Notes: generated by a model from the sequence alone, not told the origin. A DNA stretch of 64,000 nucleotides from Acidaminococcaceae bacterium (GCA_022653215.1 JALCSJ010000001.1:1021-65020), one strand, 5' to 3'; shown: positions 29,221-40,474, numbered from the stretch's first letter. Numbers and translations: made by a program.

Positions 29221-29232
29221 AGGAGGAGCACA

Positions 29233-30696
29233 ATGTTAAATCTTACTTTAGAAGAAGTAAAAAAATACGCAAAAGATTATACCGCAGTTCCGGTTACCCA
29301 AGAAATTTTTGCAGATACACTGACACCCATTGGTTTTATCAGCAATGTTAAAAACAGCAGCAGTAATTATTTCCTCCTGGAAAGCTTGGAAGGGGGAGAA
29401 AAATGGGGGAGATATTCCTTTATCGGCTATGACCCATTAGTACGGATTAAAGCAAAGAACAACAAAGTCGAAGTCATTAACACTGCAGCCGTGAAATTTG
29501 AAAGCAAAGAACCATTAAAGACGATTCGCGAAATCTTGGCAGAATATAAAGTGCCGGTATGTAAAGGCATTCCGCCTTTAACAGGAGGATTTGTTGGTTA
29601 CTTCTCTTACGATTTTATTCAGTACTGTGAGTCCAGCCTGCATTTTGACCAAAGTAAGTCAACAGAGTTTCCGGATTTTGATTTAATGCTCTTTGATAAA
29701 ATTATTGCTTTTGACCATTTGCAACATAAAATTTTTGTTACAGTAAATGTGAAGACAGATAATGTGGAAGTGAATTACCACAAAGCCGAAAGAGAAATTA
29801 AGGCTATGGAAGAATTAATCAATAAACCGGTGGTACCACCGAAATTCACACCGGCCCATATGGGTCAACTGGTAAGTAATCAGACACGAGAACTTTACAA
29901 CAGTAATTTAGAAAAAATAAAAGAACATATTAAGCAAGGTGATATTTTCCAAGCAGTTTATTCCCAAAGATTTTCCGCAACTTATGACCAAGGTTTATTC
30001 AACGTTTATCGTATTTTAAGAACTACCAATCCTTCTCAATATATGGTGCTTATAAAAAATGATGATGTAGAAATAGCCGGTTCTTCACCGGAAACTTTAA
30101 TAAAAGTAGCAGGTCGACAAATTACTTCCATGCCCATTGCAGGAACCAGAAAAAGAGGTAAGACGGAAGCAGAAGATTTAGCTTTGGAAAGGGAGTTAGT
30201 CAGCGACGAAAAAGAACAGGCCGAACACAATATGCTGGTTGACCTGGCTAGAAATGATGTGGGGAAAGTCAGTGAGTTTGGCAGCGTAAAAGTTTTGGAT
30301 TATATGAAAATTAAAAGATTTTCCCATGTTATGCATATTACTACCAGAGTAGTAGGAACCATGAAAAAACAGCAGGACAGCTTAGATACCTTATGTGCAG
30401 CTTTTCCGGCAGGCACTTTATCCGGAGCACCAAAAGTAAGAGCCTGTGAAATAATTAATGAATTGGAACCGGAAGGACGAGGTATCTACGGCGGTGGTAT
30501 GGGGTATTTGGATTTTGCCGGCAATATGGATATTTGCATTGGGATCAGGACAGCCTTCAAGTATGGCGGCAAGGTTTATGTGCAGGCAGGCGGTGGTATT
30601 GTGGCGGATTCCAAGCCGGATGATGAATTTCAGGAAACTTTGAACAAAGCAGGAGCAGTGCTGGATGCTCTTAAAGCAACCACGGAGGTGAGGTGA
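29233..30696 (+). CDS. trpE: anthranilate synthase component I
   Basis: 487 aa with chorismate-binding motifs (GGGMGYLDF, GIRTA, QAGGGIVADS). Confidence 0.95.
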   Translation: MLNLTLEEVKKYAKDYTAVPVTQEIFADTLTPIGFISNVKNSSSNYFLLESLEGGEKWGRYSFIGYDPLVRIKAKNNKVEVINTAAVKFESKEPLKTIREILAEYKVPVCKGIPPLTGGFVGYFSYDFIQYCESSLHFDQSKSTEFPDFDLMLFDKIIAFDHLQHKIFVTVNVKTDNVEVNYHKAEREIKAMEELINKPVVPPKFTPAHMGQLVSNQTRELYNSNLEKIKEHIKQGDIFQAVYSQRFSATYDQGLFNVYRILRTTNPSQYMVLIKNDDVEIAGSSPETLIKVAGRQITSMPIAGTRKRGKTEAEDLALERELVSDEKEQAEHNMLVDLARNDVGKVSEFGSVKVLDYMKIKRFSHVMHITTRVVGTMKKQQDSLDTLCAAFPAGTLSGAPKVRACEIINELEPEGRGIYGGGMGYLDFAGNMDICIGIRTAFKYGGKVYVQAGGGIVADSKPDDEFQETLNKAGAVLDALKATTEVR

Positions 30697-30699
30697 AGT

Positions 30700-31278
30700 A
30701 TGATACTCATTATTGATAATTTCGACAGCTTTACTTATAACCTTTACCAATACGTGGGCAGTATAAATGCTCAGGTAGCGGTTTACAGAAATAATGCCAT
30801 AACCTTGGAGGGGATTCGCAAGCTAAATCCTTCTCATATTATTATTTCACCGGGACCGGGACAACCTAAAGATGCAGGTGTTTGCGAAGCAGCGATTAAT
30901 AAATTAAAAGGTATGTATCCTATGCTGGGAGTTTGTTTAGGCCATCAAGCCATAGGAGAAGTTTTTGGCGGCAAAGTTGTTTTGGCACCCAAGCTGGTTC
31001 ATGGTAAAACAAGCAAAATTAAAATAGATACTACATGTAAATTATTCAGTAACATGCCAAAAGAAATTCAGGGAGCAAGATATCATTCCTTAATTGTGGC
31101 TAAGAAAAATTTACCTAAGGAACTGTTAATTACAGCTGAAACAGAGCAAGGAGAAATCATGGGACTTAAGCACAAAGACTACAATATTTACGGAGTGCAG
31201 TTTCATCCTGAATCAATTATGACACCGGATGGGAAAAAAATAATAGAAAATTTCTTGAAAATAACAGGGGGAAAATAA
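30700..31278 (+). CDS. trpG: anthranilate synthase component II (glutamine amidotransferase)
   Basis: Class I GATase triad context (GVCLGHQ, FHPES). Confidence 0.95.
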   Translation: MILIIDNFDSFTYNLYQYVGSINAQVAVYRNNAITLEGIRKLNPSHIIISPGPGQPKDAGVCEAAINKLKGMYPMLGVCLGHQAIGEVFGGKVVLAPKLVHGKTSKIKIDTTCKLFSNMPKEIQGARYHSLIVAKKNLPKELLITAETEQGEIMGLKHKDYNIYGVQFHPESIMTPDGKKIIENFLKITGGK

Positions 31279-31279
31279 A

Positions 31280-32308
31280 ATGATTAGAGAAGCAATTGCC
31301 AAGATCGTGAATAAAGAAGATTTAACCTACAAAGAAGCCTATACGGTTATGAATGAAATAATGAGTGGTGAAACTACTGCCACCCAAAACGCTGCTTTTC
31401 TTGCAGCTCTTTCCACTAAAAGTACTAAAGCAGAAACCATTGTGGAAATTGCCGGCTGTGCTGCAGCTATGCGTGACCATGCCACAAAAGTAGAAACTAA
31501 GGATTTGCCTGTCATGGAAATAGTCGGTACCGGCGGAGACGGAGCTCACAGTTTTAATATCTCTACGACTTCAGCCATTATTGCTGCCGCCGGGGGCATA
31601 AAGATTGCTAAACATGGTAACAGAGCGGCATCTTCTCAGTGTGGCACAGCTGATTGCCTGGAGGCACTGGGGGTGAATATTCAGCAAAGTCCCAAAAAAT
31701 GTTTGGAACTTTTGCAAAAAGCCGGTATGTGTTTTCTCTTTGCTCAAAAGTATCATAGTTCCATGAAGTACGTTGGAGCAATTCGCAAGGAGCTAGGCTT
31801 TCGTACAGTGTTCAATATTTTAGGACCTTTAACTAATCCTGCCAATCCTAAAATGATGCTTCTGGGTGTTTACGATGAATATTTAGTAGCACCTTTAGCT
31901 CAGGTGCTTATGAGTTTGGGCGTAAAGAGAGGCATGGTAGTCTACGGCAAAGATAAACTGGATGAAATTTCTGCCAGCGCACCTACGGGCATATGCGAAT
32001 TTAAAGATGGCTGGTACAAAAATTATGTGATTAAACCGGAAGATTTTGGCTTTAACAGTTGTACAAAAGCAGATTTAGCAGGTGGCACACCTGAAGAAAA
32101 TGCCAAAATCCTGCGGAGTGTTTTAGCCGGTGAAAAAGGTCCCAGAAGAACAGCCGCTCTTATGAATGCGGGAGCAGCACTGTTCATAGGCGGTAAAGCA
32201 GAAACCATGAAAGCCGGCATTACTTTGGCGGCAGGACTTATTGATGCAGGTAAAGCCACAGAGACCTTGGAAAAACTAATTGAGGTAAGCAATAGCCCGG
32301 AGGAATAA
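31280..32308 (+). CDS. trpD: anthranilate phosphoribosyltransferase
   Basis: VGTGGDG, KHGNRA and GPLTNPA motifs. Confidence 0.95.
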   Translation: MIREAIAKIVNKEDLTYKEAYTVMNEIMSGETTATQNAAFLAALSTKSTKAETIVEIAGCAAAMRDHATKVETKDLPVMEIVGTGGDGAHSFNISTTSAIIAAAGGIKIAKHGNRAASSQCGTADCLEALGVNIQQSPKKCLELLQKAGMCFLFAQKYHSSMKYVGAIRKELGFRTVFNILGPLTNPANPKMMLLGVYDEYLVAPLAQVLMSLGVKRGMVVYGKDKLDEISASAPTGICEFKDGWYKNYVIKPEDFGFNSCTKADLAGGTPEENAKILRSVLAGEKGPRRTAALMNAGAALFIGGKAETMKAGITLAAGLIDAGKATETLEKLIEVSNSPEE

Positions 32309-32318
32309 GAGAAATAAA

Positions 32319-33107
32319 ATGAATATTTTAGATGAACTGGCAGCTTATGCTGCAGTGAGGGTAGCGAAAGCAAAAACCATTAAGAGTCTGAATCAAGTAC
32401 GACAGGAAGCGGAGCAGCTGCCCCAAGGAAATTTCCCTTTTGCACGGGCTTTGCAAAAAGAAGGATTAGCTTTTATCTGCGAATGCAAAAAAGCTTCTCC
32501 TTCCAAAGGCTTGATCGCCGAAAATTTCCCTTATCTGCAAATAGCTAAAGACTATGAACAAGCAGGAGCTGACTGCATTTCGGTTTTGACGGAGCCCAAG
32601 TGGTTCTTGGGCAGCAATAAATATTTGGCAGAGATTGCCTCAAAGGTAAAAATCCCCTGCTTGCGGAAAGATTTTACTGTTGATCCGTATATGATTTATG
32701 AAGCAAAACTTTTAGGTGCCAGTGCTGTTCTTCTCATTTGTGGAATTTCCACAGATACTCAAATAAAGGAGTATCTTAAAATCTGTGACAGCGTAGGTTT
32801 GTCTGCTCTTGTGGAAGCTCATGACGCAACAGAAATTAAAAGAGCAGTAGAAGACGGAGCAAAAATCATAGGTGTGAATAACAGAAATCTAAAAAACTTT
32901 TCCGTTGATGTTAACAATAGTGCCAAACTGCGCGCACTGGTTCCTAAAAACATTTTATATATTTCGGAAAGCGGCATCAAAACACCGGAGGATGTTAGAG
33001 CAGTGAAAAACATGGGGGCAGACGGAGTGCTGATTGGAGAGGCTCTTATGCGCAGTAAAAATATAACAGCAGCTTTACAAAGACTGAAAGGAGGAGCTGA
33101 TGACTAA
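32319..33107 (+). CDS. trpC: indole-3-glycerol phosphate synthase
   Basis: ECKKASPSKG, LRKDF and GVNNRNL motifs. Confidence 0.95.
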   Translation: MNILDELAAYAAVRVAKAKTIKSLNQVRQEAEQLPQGNFPFARALQKEGLAFICECKKASPSKGLIAENFPYLQIAKDYEQAGADCISVLTEPKWFLGSNKYLAEIASKVKIPCLRKDFTVDPYMIYEAKLLGASAVLLICGISTDTQIKEYLKICDSVGLSALVEAHDATEIKRAVEDGAKIIGVNNRNLKNFSVDVNNSAKLRALVPKNILYISESGIKTPEDVRAVKNMGADGVLIGEALMRSKNITAALQRLKGGADD

Positions 33108-33732
33108 AATTAAAATTTGCGGTTTGTCCCGGGTTGAAGATATTCAGGCAGCGAATGCATTAAAGCCTGATTACATTGGTTTTGTTTTTGCCAAAAGCCC
33201 GCGACAAGTAACTCTGCAACAGGCAATAGCTTTAAAGCACCTTTTGCATCCTTCTATTAAAGCCGTAGGAGTATTTGTTAAAGAAACAGTAGATAATATA
33301 GCTGACATAGCAGAAAAAGGCTGTATAGACCTTATTCAGCTCCACGGGGATGAATCCCGGGAGTTTTGCAGAAAACTTCGGAAGAGCACCGATAAACCGA
33401 TTATTAAAGCAATCAGAGTAAAAGATGCTGCTAGTTTAAAAGAGTTACAAACTTATGATTGCGATTATTTTCTTTTAGATGCTTTTTCTGCAAAGGCTTT
33501 TGGGGGGGTGGGAAAATCTTTTGATTATAATTTCCTCAAAGATGCTGAAATTCCTAAACCGTTTTTTATGGCAGGAGGCCTTGGAACAGATAATGTGCAA
33601 GCTGTGATTGCTAAAATCAATCCTTACGGAGTTGACATAAGCGGTGGTGTAGAGACTAATAAAAAAAAGGATCCCGGGAAGATGGCAAAAATTATACAAA
33701 TGGTGAGAAAAGGAGATAAGAACAATGACTAA
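33100..33732 (+). CDS. trpF: phosphoribosylanthranilate isomerase
   Basis: KICGL, QLHG and GGL motifs. 8-nt overlap with trpC. Confidence 0.93.
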   Translation: MTKIKICGLSRVEDIQAANALKPDYIGFVFAKSPRQVTLQQAIALKHLLHPSIKAVGVFVKETVDNIADIAEKGCIDLIQLHGDESREFCRKLRKSTDKPIIKAIRVKDAASLKELQTYDCDYFLLDAFSAKAFGGVGKSFDYNFLKDAEIPKPFFMAGGLGTDNVQAVIAKINPYGVDISGGVETNKKKDPGKMAKIIQMVRKGDKNND

Positions 33733-34909
33733 AGGTAGATATGGAACACATGGTGGACAGTTTGTGCCGGAGACTTTGATGAATGCAGTTATTGAATTGG
33801 AAGGGGCTTACGAAAAATATAAAAAGGACCCGGAGTTTTTAAAGGAACTTCATACTCTTTATCGGGATTATGCTAACAGACCGTCTATGCTTTATTACGC
33901 TGAACGCATGACCAAAGATTTGGGCGGAGCAAAAATTTATTTAAAACGGGAAGATTTAAATCATACAGGTGCCCATAAAATTAATAATGTTTTAGGACAG
34001 TGTTTGCTGGCTAAGAAGATGGGGAAAAAACGTATTATTGCGGAAACAGGTGCAGGTCAGCATGGAGTAGCAGCCGCTACGGTAGCAGCACTTATGGGTA
34101 TGGAATGCAGAGTCTATATGGGAAAAGTTGACACCGAACGTCAAGCCTTGAATGTTTATCGGATGCAGCTTTTGGGAGCTGAAGTTGTGCCTGTAACCAG
34201 TGGCACCATGACCTTGAAAGATGCAGTAAATGAAGCTTTGAGAGAATGGACAGAACGAGTTTTAGATACCTTCTACGTTATTGGTTCTGTCATGGGACCT
34301 CATCCTTATCCGGAAATGGTAAGAGATTTTCAAAAAGTAATCGGGGAAGAGGTAAAAGGGCAGCTGCAGGAAAAAGAAGGCAAACTGCCTGATGCGGTGC
34401 TTGCCTGTGTAGGCGGCGGGTCCAATGCTATGGGACTCTTCTATGATTTTATTCCTGATAAAAGCGTTAAACTGATAGGGGTAGAAGCAGCGGGCCGGGG
34501 GGTAAATACAGACAGAACTGCAGCTACTATAGCCAGAGGTACTCCCGGTGTGTTCCATGGCATGGAGTCTTATTTCCTTCAAGATGGGGATGGACAAATA
34601 GCTCCGGTTTATTCTATTTCCGCCGGTTTGGATTACCCCGGCATAGGACCTGAACATGCTTATCTTCATGATATTGGCAGAGCTCAGTATGTTGCGGCTA
34701 CTGATGATGAATCCGTGGCAGCTTTTGAATATTTATCAAAAATGGAAGGCATAATTCCTGCCATCGAAAGTTCTCATGCAGTGGCTTATGCTATGAAACT
34801 GGCACCTACCATGAGAAAAGACCAAATTATAGTTATTAATATTTCCGGCCGGGGAGATAAAGACGTAGCGGCTATTGCCAGATATAAGGGGGTTGACATT
34901 CATGACTAA
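33725..34909 (+). CDS. trpB: tryptophan synthase beta chain
   Basis: HTGAHKINN (PLP lysine) and GGGSNAMG motifs. Confidence 0.96.
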   Translation: MTKGRYGTHGGQFVPETLMNAVIELEGAYEKYKKDPEFLKELHTLYRDYANRPSMLYYAERMTKDLGGAKIYLKREDLNHTGAHKINNVLGQCLLAKKMGKKRIIAETGAGQHGVAAATVAALMGMECRVYMGKVDTERQALNVYRMQLLGAEVVPVTSGTMTLKDAVNEALREWTERVLDTFYVIGSVMGPHPYPEMVRDFQKVIGEEVKGQLQEKEGKLPDAVLACVGGGSNAMGLFYDFIPDKSVKLIGVEAAGRGVNTDRTAATIARGTPGVFHGMESYFLQDGDGQIAPVYSISAGLDYPGIGPEHAYLHDIGRAQYVAATDDESVAAFEYLSKMEGIIPAIESSHAVAYAMKLAPTMRKDQIIVINISGRGDKDVAAIARYKGVDIHD

Positions 34910-35690
34910 GTCTATTAAAGAAGTATTTGCTGAAAAGAAAAAGGTGTTTATTCCGTTTATTACGGCAGGGGATCCGAATCTGGATATTACGGAGCAATTA
35001 ATTTATGCCATGGAAAAAGCCGGAGCAGGGATTATTGAAATAGGCATTCCCTTTTCTGACCCTATTGCGGAAGGACTGGTTATTCAAGCTGCTGATGCCA
35101 GGGCATTGCAAGCCGGGACAAAAATAGACGGGATTTTTGCCATGCTGAAAAAAGTGAGAAAAAATTCTCAGGTTCCTATTGTATTTTTGACTTATATTAA
35201 TCCTATTTACAGATATGGCAGGGATAAATTCTTTAAACATTGTCAAGAAACCCAAGTTAACGGAGTTATAGTTCCGGATGTGCCTTTTGAGGAAAAGGCA
35301 ATTATTGCTGATTACTGTACCAAATACGGAGTGGAGCCAATCTCCCTGATAGCACCAACCTCTGAGCAAAGAATAAAAATGCTGGCAAAAGAAGCCAAAG
35401 GTTATATCTATATTGTTTCTTCTTTGGGTGTTACCGGTGTGAGAAAGAACATTTCTACGAATATTAGTGCTATTGTTCAGCAAATAAAAGAAGTTACTGA
35501 TGTTCCTGCGGCAGTTGGTTTTGGTATTGCCACTCCGGAACAGGCTGGGTCAATGGCAAAAATTAGCGATGGAGCTATTGTAGGTAGTGCAATTGTAAAG
35601 ATTGTTGCACAATTTGGCGAAAATTGTATTCAACCAGTAGCTGAATATACTAAAAAGATGTGCGAAGCAGTTACAAAAACAATAAAATAG
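34902..35690 (+). CDS. trpA: tryptophan synthase alpha chain
   Basis: [14 protein letters not shown] motif. Start moved to ATG 34902 (MTKSIKEV), which overlaps the trpB stop. The ORF-track start at 34875 lies inside trpB. Confidence 0.93.
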   Translation: MTKSIKEVFAEKKKVFIPFITAGDPNLDITEQLIYAMEKAGAGIIEIGIPFSDPIAEGLVIQAADARALQAGTKIDGIFAMLKKVRKNSQVPIVFLTYINPIYRYGRDKFFKHCQETQVNGVIVPDVPFEEKAIIADYCTKYGVEPISLIAPTSEQRIKMLAKEAKGYIYIVSSLGVTGVRKNISTNISAIVQQIKEVTDVPAAVGFGIATPEQAGSMAKISDGAIVGSAIVKIVAQFGENCIQPVAEYTKKMCEAVTKTIK

Positions 35691-35703
35691 CGCCAAAAAA
35701 CTA

Positions 35704-35732
35704 TTGCAATTGTAGCAAAAGTCGCTTATAAT
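35704..35732 (+). promoter_or_regulatory. sigma70-type promoter upstream of gltB
   Basis: TTGCAA - 17 nt - TATAAT. Confidence 0.6.
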
Positions 35733-35785
35733 AAAAAAGCGTTTTGCTTTACTAAAACATATTTTCCAGTGAAGGAAGTATGTCC

Positions 35786-35830
35786 GGCCAACAGCTGAGC
35801 GTAAGTTCAGAGGTTGGCCTTTATTTTTTT
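35786..35830 (+). terminator. intrinsic-terminator-like hairpin inside the gltB 5' leader
   Basis: GGCCAAC (35786-35792) pairs with GTTGGCC (35813-35819), with inner CTGA/TCAG pairing. It is followed by TTTATTTTTTT, about 10 nt before the RBS GAGGGG. Confidence 0.6.
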
Positions 35831-35848
35831 CGTTGAGGGGCGATAAAA

Positions 35849-38800
35849 ATGTACAAAAAAATGAGAGATTTACCTGCACCACAAGGACTGTATGATCCGT
35901 CCTTGGAACATGACGCTTGCGGTATTGGCTTTGTTGTTGATGTAAAAGGGAAGAAATCCTACGACATTATCGACAGTGCCCTGCACATTTTGGAGAATTT
36001 AAAACACCGCGGAGCTGAAGGAGCCGATGCCGGCAGCGGCGATGGAGCCGGAATTATGGTTCAGATTCCCCACAAGTTTTTTTCCAGGGAATGTGAGGTT
36101 CTTGGTTTTTCCCTGCCGAATGAGGGAGAGTATGGCGTCGGTATGATTTTTACCCATCGGTATGAGAATTTCCGTAAAAAGCAAGTAGCAGAGTTCGAAA
36201 AAATCGTTAAAGAAGAAGGACAGACTATTCTTGGCTGGCGGGAAGTACCAATTGATGAGAGTATCATAGGTAAAGTAGCCAGATCTACCCGTCCGCGTTT
36301 TTTACAGGTTTTTATTAAACGCAGCGAGGATTTGACTACCAGAATGGATTTTGAACGTAAGCTTTATGTAATTCGCCGCTTGGCGGAAAAACGTATTACA
36401 CCAATGAGCCAGGATATAGGTTCCGATTTTTACGTGGCCAGTTTATCATCTAAAACAGTTGTTTATAAAGGCATGCTGACTTCGGTTCAGCTGCGTCATT
36501 TTTATTTGGATTTATCAGATTTGGATTTTGTTACGGCTATGGCCATGGTCCATTCCCGGTTCAGCACTAATACATTTCCCAGCTGGGCCAGGGCACATCC
36601 TAACCGCTACATCATTCATAACGGGGAAATTAATACGATACAAGGGAATATTAATTGGCTGAATGCCAGAGAAAGCAAATCCAAATCCAGCAAATTTCCT
36701 GATTTGGAAAAAGTTTTTCCTGTGGTTGATGCCAGCGGCAGTGATTCTTCCATGTTTGATAACTGCTTGGAATATTTATATATGACAGGTCATTCCTTAC
36801 CCCATGCCATGATGATGATGATCCCTGAAGCTTGGGAGCATGATGCTTTGATGAGTAAGGAGAAAAAAGATTTTTACCGCTATCACAGTTTCATGATGGA
36901 ACCATGGGATGGACCGGCTGCTATTGGTTTTTGCGATGGTGAGGTTATCGGTGCTACCTTGGACAGAAACGGACTAAGACCGGCTCGCTATATCATTACC
37001 AACGATAACAAGGTTATCTTAAGCTCTGAAGTTGGTGTTGTTGATGTTGCCCAGAAGGATATTATCTGCAAGGGCCGTTTAGAGCCTGGAAAAATGCTCT
37101 TAGTTGATACTAAGAAAAAACGCATTATCAGCGATGAGGAAATCAAACATCAAATAGCATCTTCCCATCCTTACGGCGAGTGGTTTAAGGAACATGTAGT
37201 AGAATTAAAAGATTTAATGGAAAAACACAAGGACAGTGTTAACAATAACGTTATTCCTTATGATTTAAAAGAGCAGGAAAAGATTTTTGGCTATACTATA
37301 GAAGATTTAAATAAAGTTATTCTTCCTATGGCCAAGGACGGCAAACAGTCAATTTATGCAATGGGCATTGATGCGCCTCTGGCTGTGCTGTCAGATAAAC
37401 CCCAGCTCCTTTATAATTTCTTCAAGCAAAATTTTGCCCAGGTTACCAATCCTCCTATGGATGGTCTGAGAGAGGCAGTTGTTACCTCTGCCAATGTTAT
37501 CGTTGGCAATGTGGCAAATATCATGGACCCCAATGAAAAGGGTACTACTGCTTTGGCTATGGATAGACCGATTATTACCAACGAAGAAATGGCAGTCATC
37601 AAGACTATGTCCAATGACAAACTGCGGAGTGCATCTATTTCTATGCTTTATCCTGTCAATGGCGGCCCTGACGCTTTGGAAACGGCTATTGAATCTCTCT
37701 GTATAGATGCTTTAAAAGCTATTAAAAACGGGGCAAATCTTTTGGTGTTGACTGACAGGGGCGTTAATTCCCGTATGGCAGCGGTACCGGCACTGCTGGC
37801 TTCTTCCGCTTTGCATAATTATCTGATTAAAGCAACGGTCCGTCCTGATGTGGGCATTATCCTGGAATCAGGAGAACCAAGAGAAATTCACCATTTTTGC
37901 ACTTTAATCGGCTATGGAATTTCCGCAATAAATCCTTATATTGCTCTGGAAACGATTAAAGAATTAATTGCCAAAAAGCAATTGAACATATCTTACGAAG
38001 TCGCTAGGGATAACTATGTCAAAGCATCTGTGGCAGGCATTTTATCCGTTATGAGTAAGATGGGTATCTCTACAGTGCACAGTTACCATGGGGCACAGAT
38101 TTTTGAGGCAGTTGGTATTGGCAAGGAACTGATTGATAAATATTTTGTGAATACACCTTCCCATATTGGGGGCATTGGCATTAAAGAAATAGCTGAAGAC
38201 AATGCTAAACGTCATGCAGCCGCCTATGCTAATGATAACAATTTGCCTAACGGGGATTTTTATCTTCAGCGTAAAGGAGGAGACACTCCTCATATCTTAA
38301 ATAATGATACAGTCAAACTTTTGAGGAAAGCTTGCTGGGAAGAGGATTACCATGCGTATAAACAATATGCTAAAGAGGTTAATGACAGTGCTATCTTTAG
38401 ATTAAGAGATTTACTGGAATTTGTTTATCCGCCCAGCTGTAGCATTCCTATTGAAGAAGTAGAGCCTGTAGAAGAAATCATCAAACGGTTCCGGACCGGG
38501 GCTATGAGCTATGGGGCCTTAAGCAAAGAAGCGCATGAATGTATTGCTATTGCCATGAACAGAATCGGAGGTATGAGTAATACCGGTGAAGGGGGCGAAG
38601 ATTCTTCCCGTTTTGTACCTTTGGCTAACGGTGATGATTTAAGCGATAAAGTTAAACAAGTTTCTACGGCCCGCTTTGGGGTTACCAGTAATTATCTGGT
38701 ACATTCAGATGTGCTGCAAATTAAATTCGCCCAAGGGGCAAAACCCGGTGAAGGAGGAAGGCTACCGGGCAATAAGCTGTATCCTCCTATTGCCAAAACT

Positions 38801-40414
38801 CGTCACTCAACAACGGGTGTGGAATTAATTTCCCCGCCTCCGCATCACGATATTTATTCTATCGAAGATTTGGCTGAACTGGTTTATGATTTAAAAAATG
38901 CCAACAGAAAAGCTGATATTAGCGTGAAACTTTGCTCCTGTGTGGGAGTCGGTACTATTGCGGCAGGGGTTGTGAAAGCAAAGGCAGATTCTATTACTGT
39001 TTGCGGCTATGATGGGGGAACCGGAGCTGCAGCCAGAACCAGCTTGCGTCATGCGGGACTTCCCTGGGAAATCGGTTTATCGGAAATTCAGCAGACTTTG
39101 CTTTTGAACAGACTGCGTGACAGAGTGGAAATAGAAGTGGACAGCAAGATGCTTACCGGCAGAGACGTAGCTATAGCAGCACTTTTTGGGGCAGATGCTT
39201 TTGCTTTCTGCACAGGACCTATGATTGCCATGGGCTGTGTTATGGATAGAGTCTGCAATACTAACAGATGTCCTTGCGGAATTTGCACCCAGGATGAGAA
39301 ATTGCGGAAAAAATTCTGTGGGAAACCTGAATATGTTATAAACTTTATGCGGTTTGTAGCTCAAGATTTACGTGAGATTATGGCTAAACTGGGCTTTCAC
39401 ACTATTGATGAAATGGTGGGGCGGTGTGATAGGTTAAAACAAAGCAGCAAGGTGACAGGTACTAAAGCAGATACCGTGGACCTTAAGAATTTACTTTATA
39501 TTCCTTATACGGACACAACAGTAGGTACTCGTTATCTCCAACATCAGCAGCATAATCTAGAGGCTACTATGGATATGTCCAAGCTGGTTCGTATGTGTCG
39601 CCCGGCTTTGGTTAACAAAAAACATATTCTTTCCAGATTGAAGATTGCTAATACAGACCGGGTAACCGGAACCATGCTGGGCAGTGAAATTTCCCGCCGT
39701 TACGGAGAAGCAGGATTGGATGAAGATACCATAAAACTGGCCTTCGTGGGTTCGGCCGGACAAAGCTTCGGTGCCTTTATTCCCAAGGGATTGACTTTGG
39801 AATTAGAAGGCGATGCCAACGATTCTGTAGGCAAGGGCTTATCCGGTGGAAAAATCAGTATCTATCCTCCTAGAGAAGCAGGTTTTACGGCCAGTGAAAA
39901 TATTATTATCGGCAACGTAGGGTTATTTGGCGCAACCAGTGGTGAAGCCTATATCAGCGGCATTGCCGGAGAGCGCTTCTGCGTTCGTAATAGTGGCGCT
40001 GATGTAGTAGTAGAAGGAGTAGGCAATCATGGTTGTGAATATATGACAGGCGGCCGCGTATTAGTCTTAGGGAAGGTTGGACGTAATTTTGCCGCAGGTA
40101 TGTCAGGCGGAGTTGCCTATGTTATGGACCTAAACAAGGATTATTGTAATACACAGCTGGTCAATTTGGAAAAATTGACGGACCCCCATGAACAGGAAGA
40201 AGTTAAGCATCTTCTGGAAAAACATGTTATTAATACAGGCAGTAATTTAGGAGAAGTGTTCCTGAATAATTGGGAAACTAGCCTGAAACATATTACCAAG
40301 GTTATACCCAAGACCTATGAGGAAATGCAGGGCTATATCAAGCAAGCTTTAGCACAAGGTCATACTATGGAAGAAGCACAAATTATTGCTTATAATAGGA
40401 AATACGCTGTGTAA
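35849..40414 (+). CDS. gltB: glutamate synthase large subunit
   Basis: 1521 aa. Ntn amidotransferase Cys after a propeptide (LEHDACGIGFV), central FMN/3Fe-4S domains and a C-terminal GXGXG beta-helix domain. Confidence 0.95.
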   Translation: MYKKMRDLPAPQGLYDPSLEHDACGIGFVVDVKGKKSYDIIDSALHILENLKHRGAEGADAGSGDGAGIMVQIPHKFFSRECEVLGFSLPNEGEYGVGMIFTHRYENFRKKQVAEFEKIVKEEGQTILGWREVPIDESIIGKVARSTRPRFLQVFIKRSEDLTTRMDFERKLYVIRRLAEKRITPMSQDIGSDFYVASLSSKTVVYKGMLTSVQLRHFYLDLSDLDFVTAMAMVHSRFSTNTFPSWARAHPNRYIIHNGEINTIQGNINWLNARESKSKSSKFPDLEKVFPVVDASGSDSSMFDNCLEYLYMTGHSLPHAMMMMIPEAWEHDALMSKEKKDFYRYHSFMMEPWDGPAAIGFCDGEVIGATLDRNGLRPARYIITNDNKVILSSEVGVVDVAQKDIICKGRLEPGKMLLVDTKKKRIISDEEIKHQIASSHPYGEWFKEHVVELKDLMEKHKDSVNNNVIPYDLKEQEKIFGYTIEDLNKVILPMAKDGKQSIYAMGIDAPLAVLSDKPQLLYNFFKQNFAQVTNPPMDGLREAVVTSANVIVGNVANIMDPNEKGTTALAMDRPIITNEEMAVIKTMSNDKLRSASISMLYPVNGGPDALETAIESLCIDALKAIKNGANLLVLTDRGVNSRMAAVPALLASSALHNYLIKATVRPDVGIILESGEPREIHHFCTLIGYGISAINPYIALETIKELIAKKQLNISYEVARDNYVKASVAGILSVMSKMGISTVHSYHGAQIFEAVGIGKELIDKYFVNTPSHIGGIGIKEIAEDNAKRHAAAYANDNNLPNGDFYLQRKGGDTPHILNNDTVKLLRKACWEEDYHAYKQYAKEVNDSAIFRLRDLLEFVYPPSCSIPIEEVEPVEEIIKRFRTGAMSYGALSKEAHECIAIAMNRIGGMSNTGEGGEDSSRFVPLANGDDLSDKVKQVSTARFGVTSNYLVHSDVLQIKFAQGAKPGEGGRLPGNKLYPPIAKTRHSTTGVELISPPPHHDIYSIEDLAELVYDLKNANRKADISVKLCSCVGVGTIAAGVVKAKADSITVCGYDGGTGAAARTSLRHAGLPWEIGLSEIQQTLLLNRLRDRVEIEVDSKMLTGRDVAIAALFGADAFAFCTGPMIAMGCVMDRVCNTNRCPCGICTQDEKLRKKFCGKPEYVINFMRFVAQDLREIMAKLGFHTIDEMVGRCDRLKQSSKVTGTKADTVDLKNLLYIPYTDTTVGTRYLQHQQHNLEATMDMSKLVRMCRPALVNKKHILSRLKIANTDRVTGTMLGSEISRRYGEAGLDEDTIKLAFVGSAGQSFGAFIPKGLTLELEGDANDSVGKGLSGGKISIYPPREAGFTASENIIIGNVGLFGATSGEAYISGIAGERFCVRNSGADVVVEGVGNHGCEYMTGGRVLVLGKVGRNFAAGMSGGVAYVMDLNKDYCNTQLVNLEKLTDPHEQEEVKHLLEKHVINTGSNLGEVFLNNWETSLKHITKVIPKTYEEMQGYIKQALAQGHTMEEAQIIAYNRKYAV

Positions 40415-40474
40415 AAGGGCGATTTCTATATAGACACACACAACAAAAGAGGTTATAACACAAATGATTTTACT

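Noticed and set aside
29150-29232. TRAP-type (G/U)AG triplet array or a Trp-rich leader peptide in the trp leader
   Set aside because: There is no periodic GAG/UAG repeats and no short ORF with Trp codons in this segment.
35765-35785. Glutamine-riboswitch (glnA RNA) identity for the gltB leader
   Set aside because: Only a GGAAGUA-like heptamer resembles what I recall of the motif. I could not find the P1 helix or the second conserved strand. It is kept only as a generic attenuator candidate.
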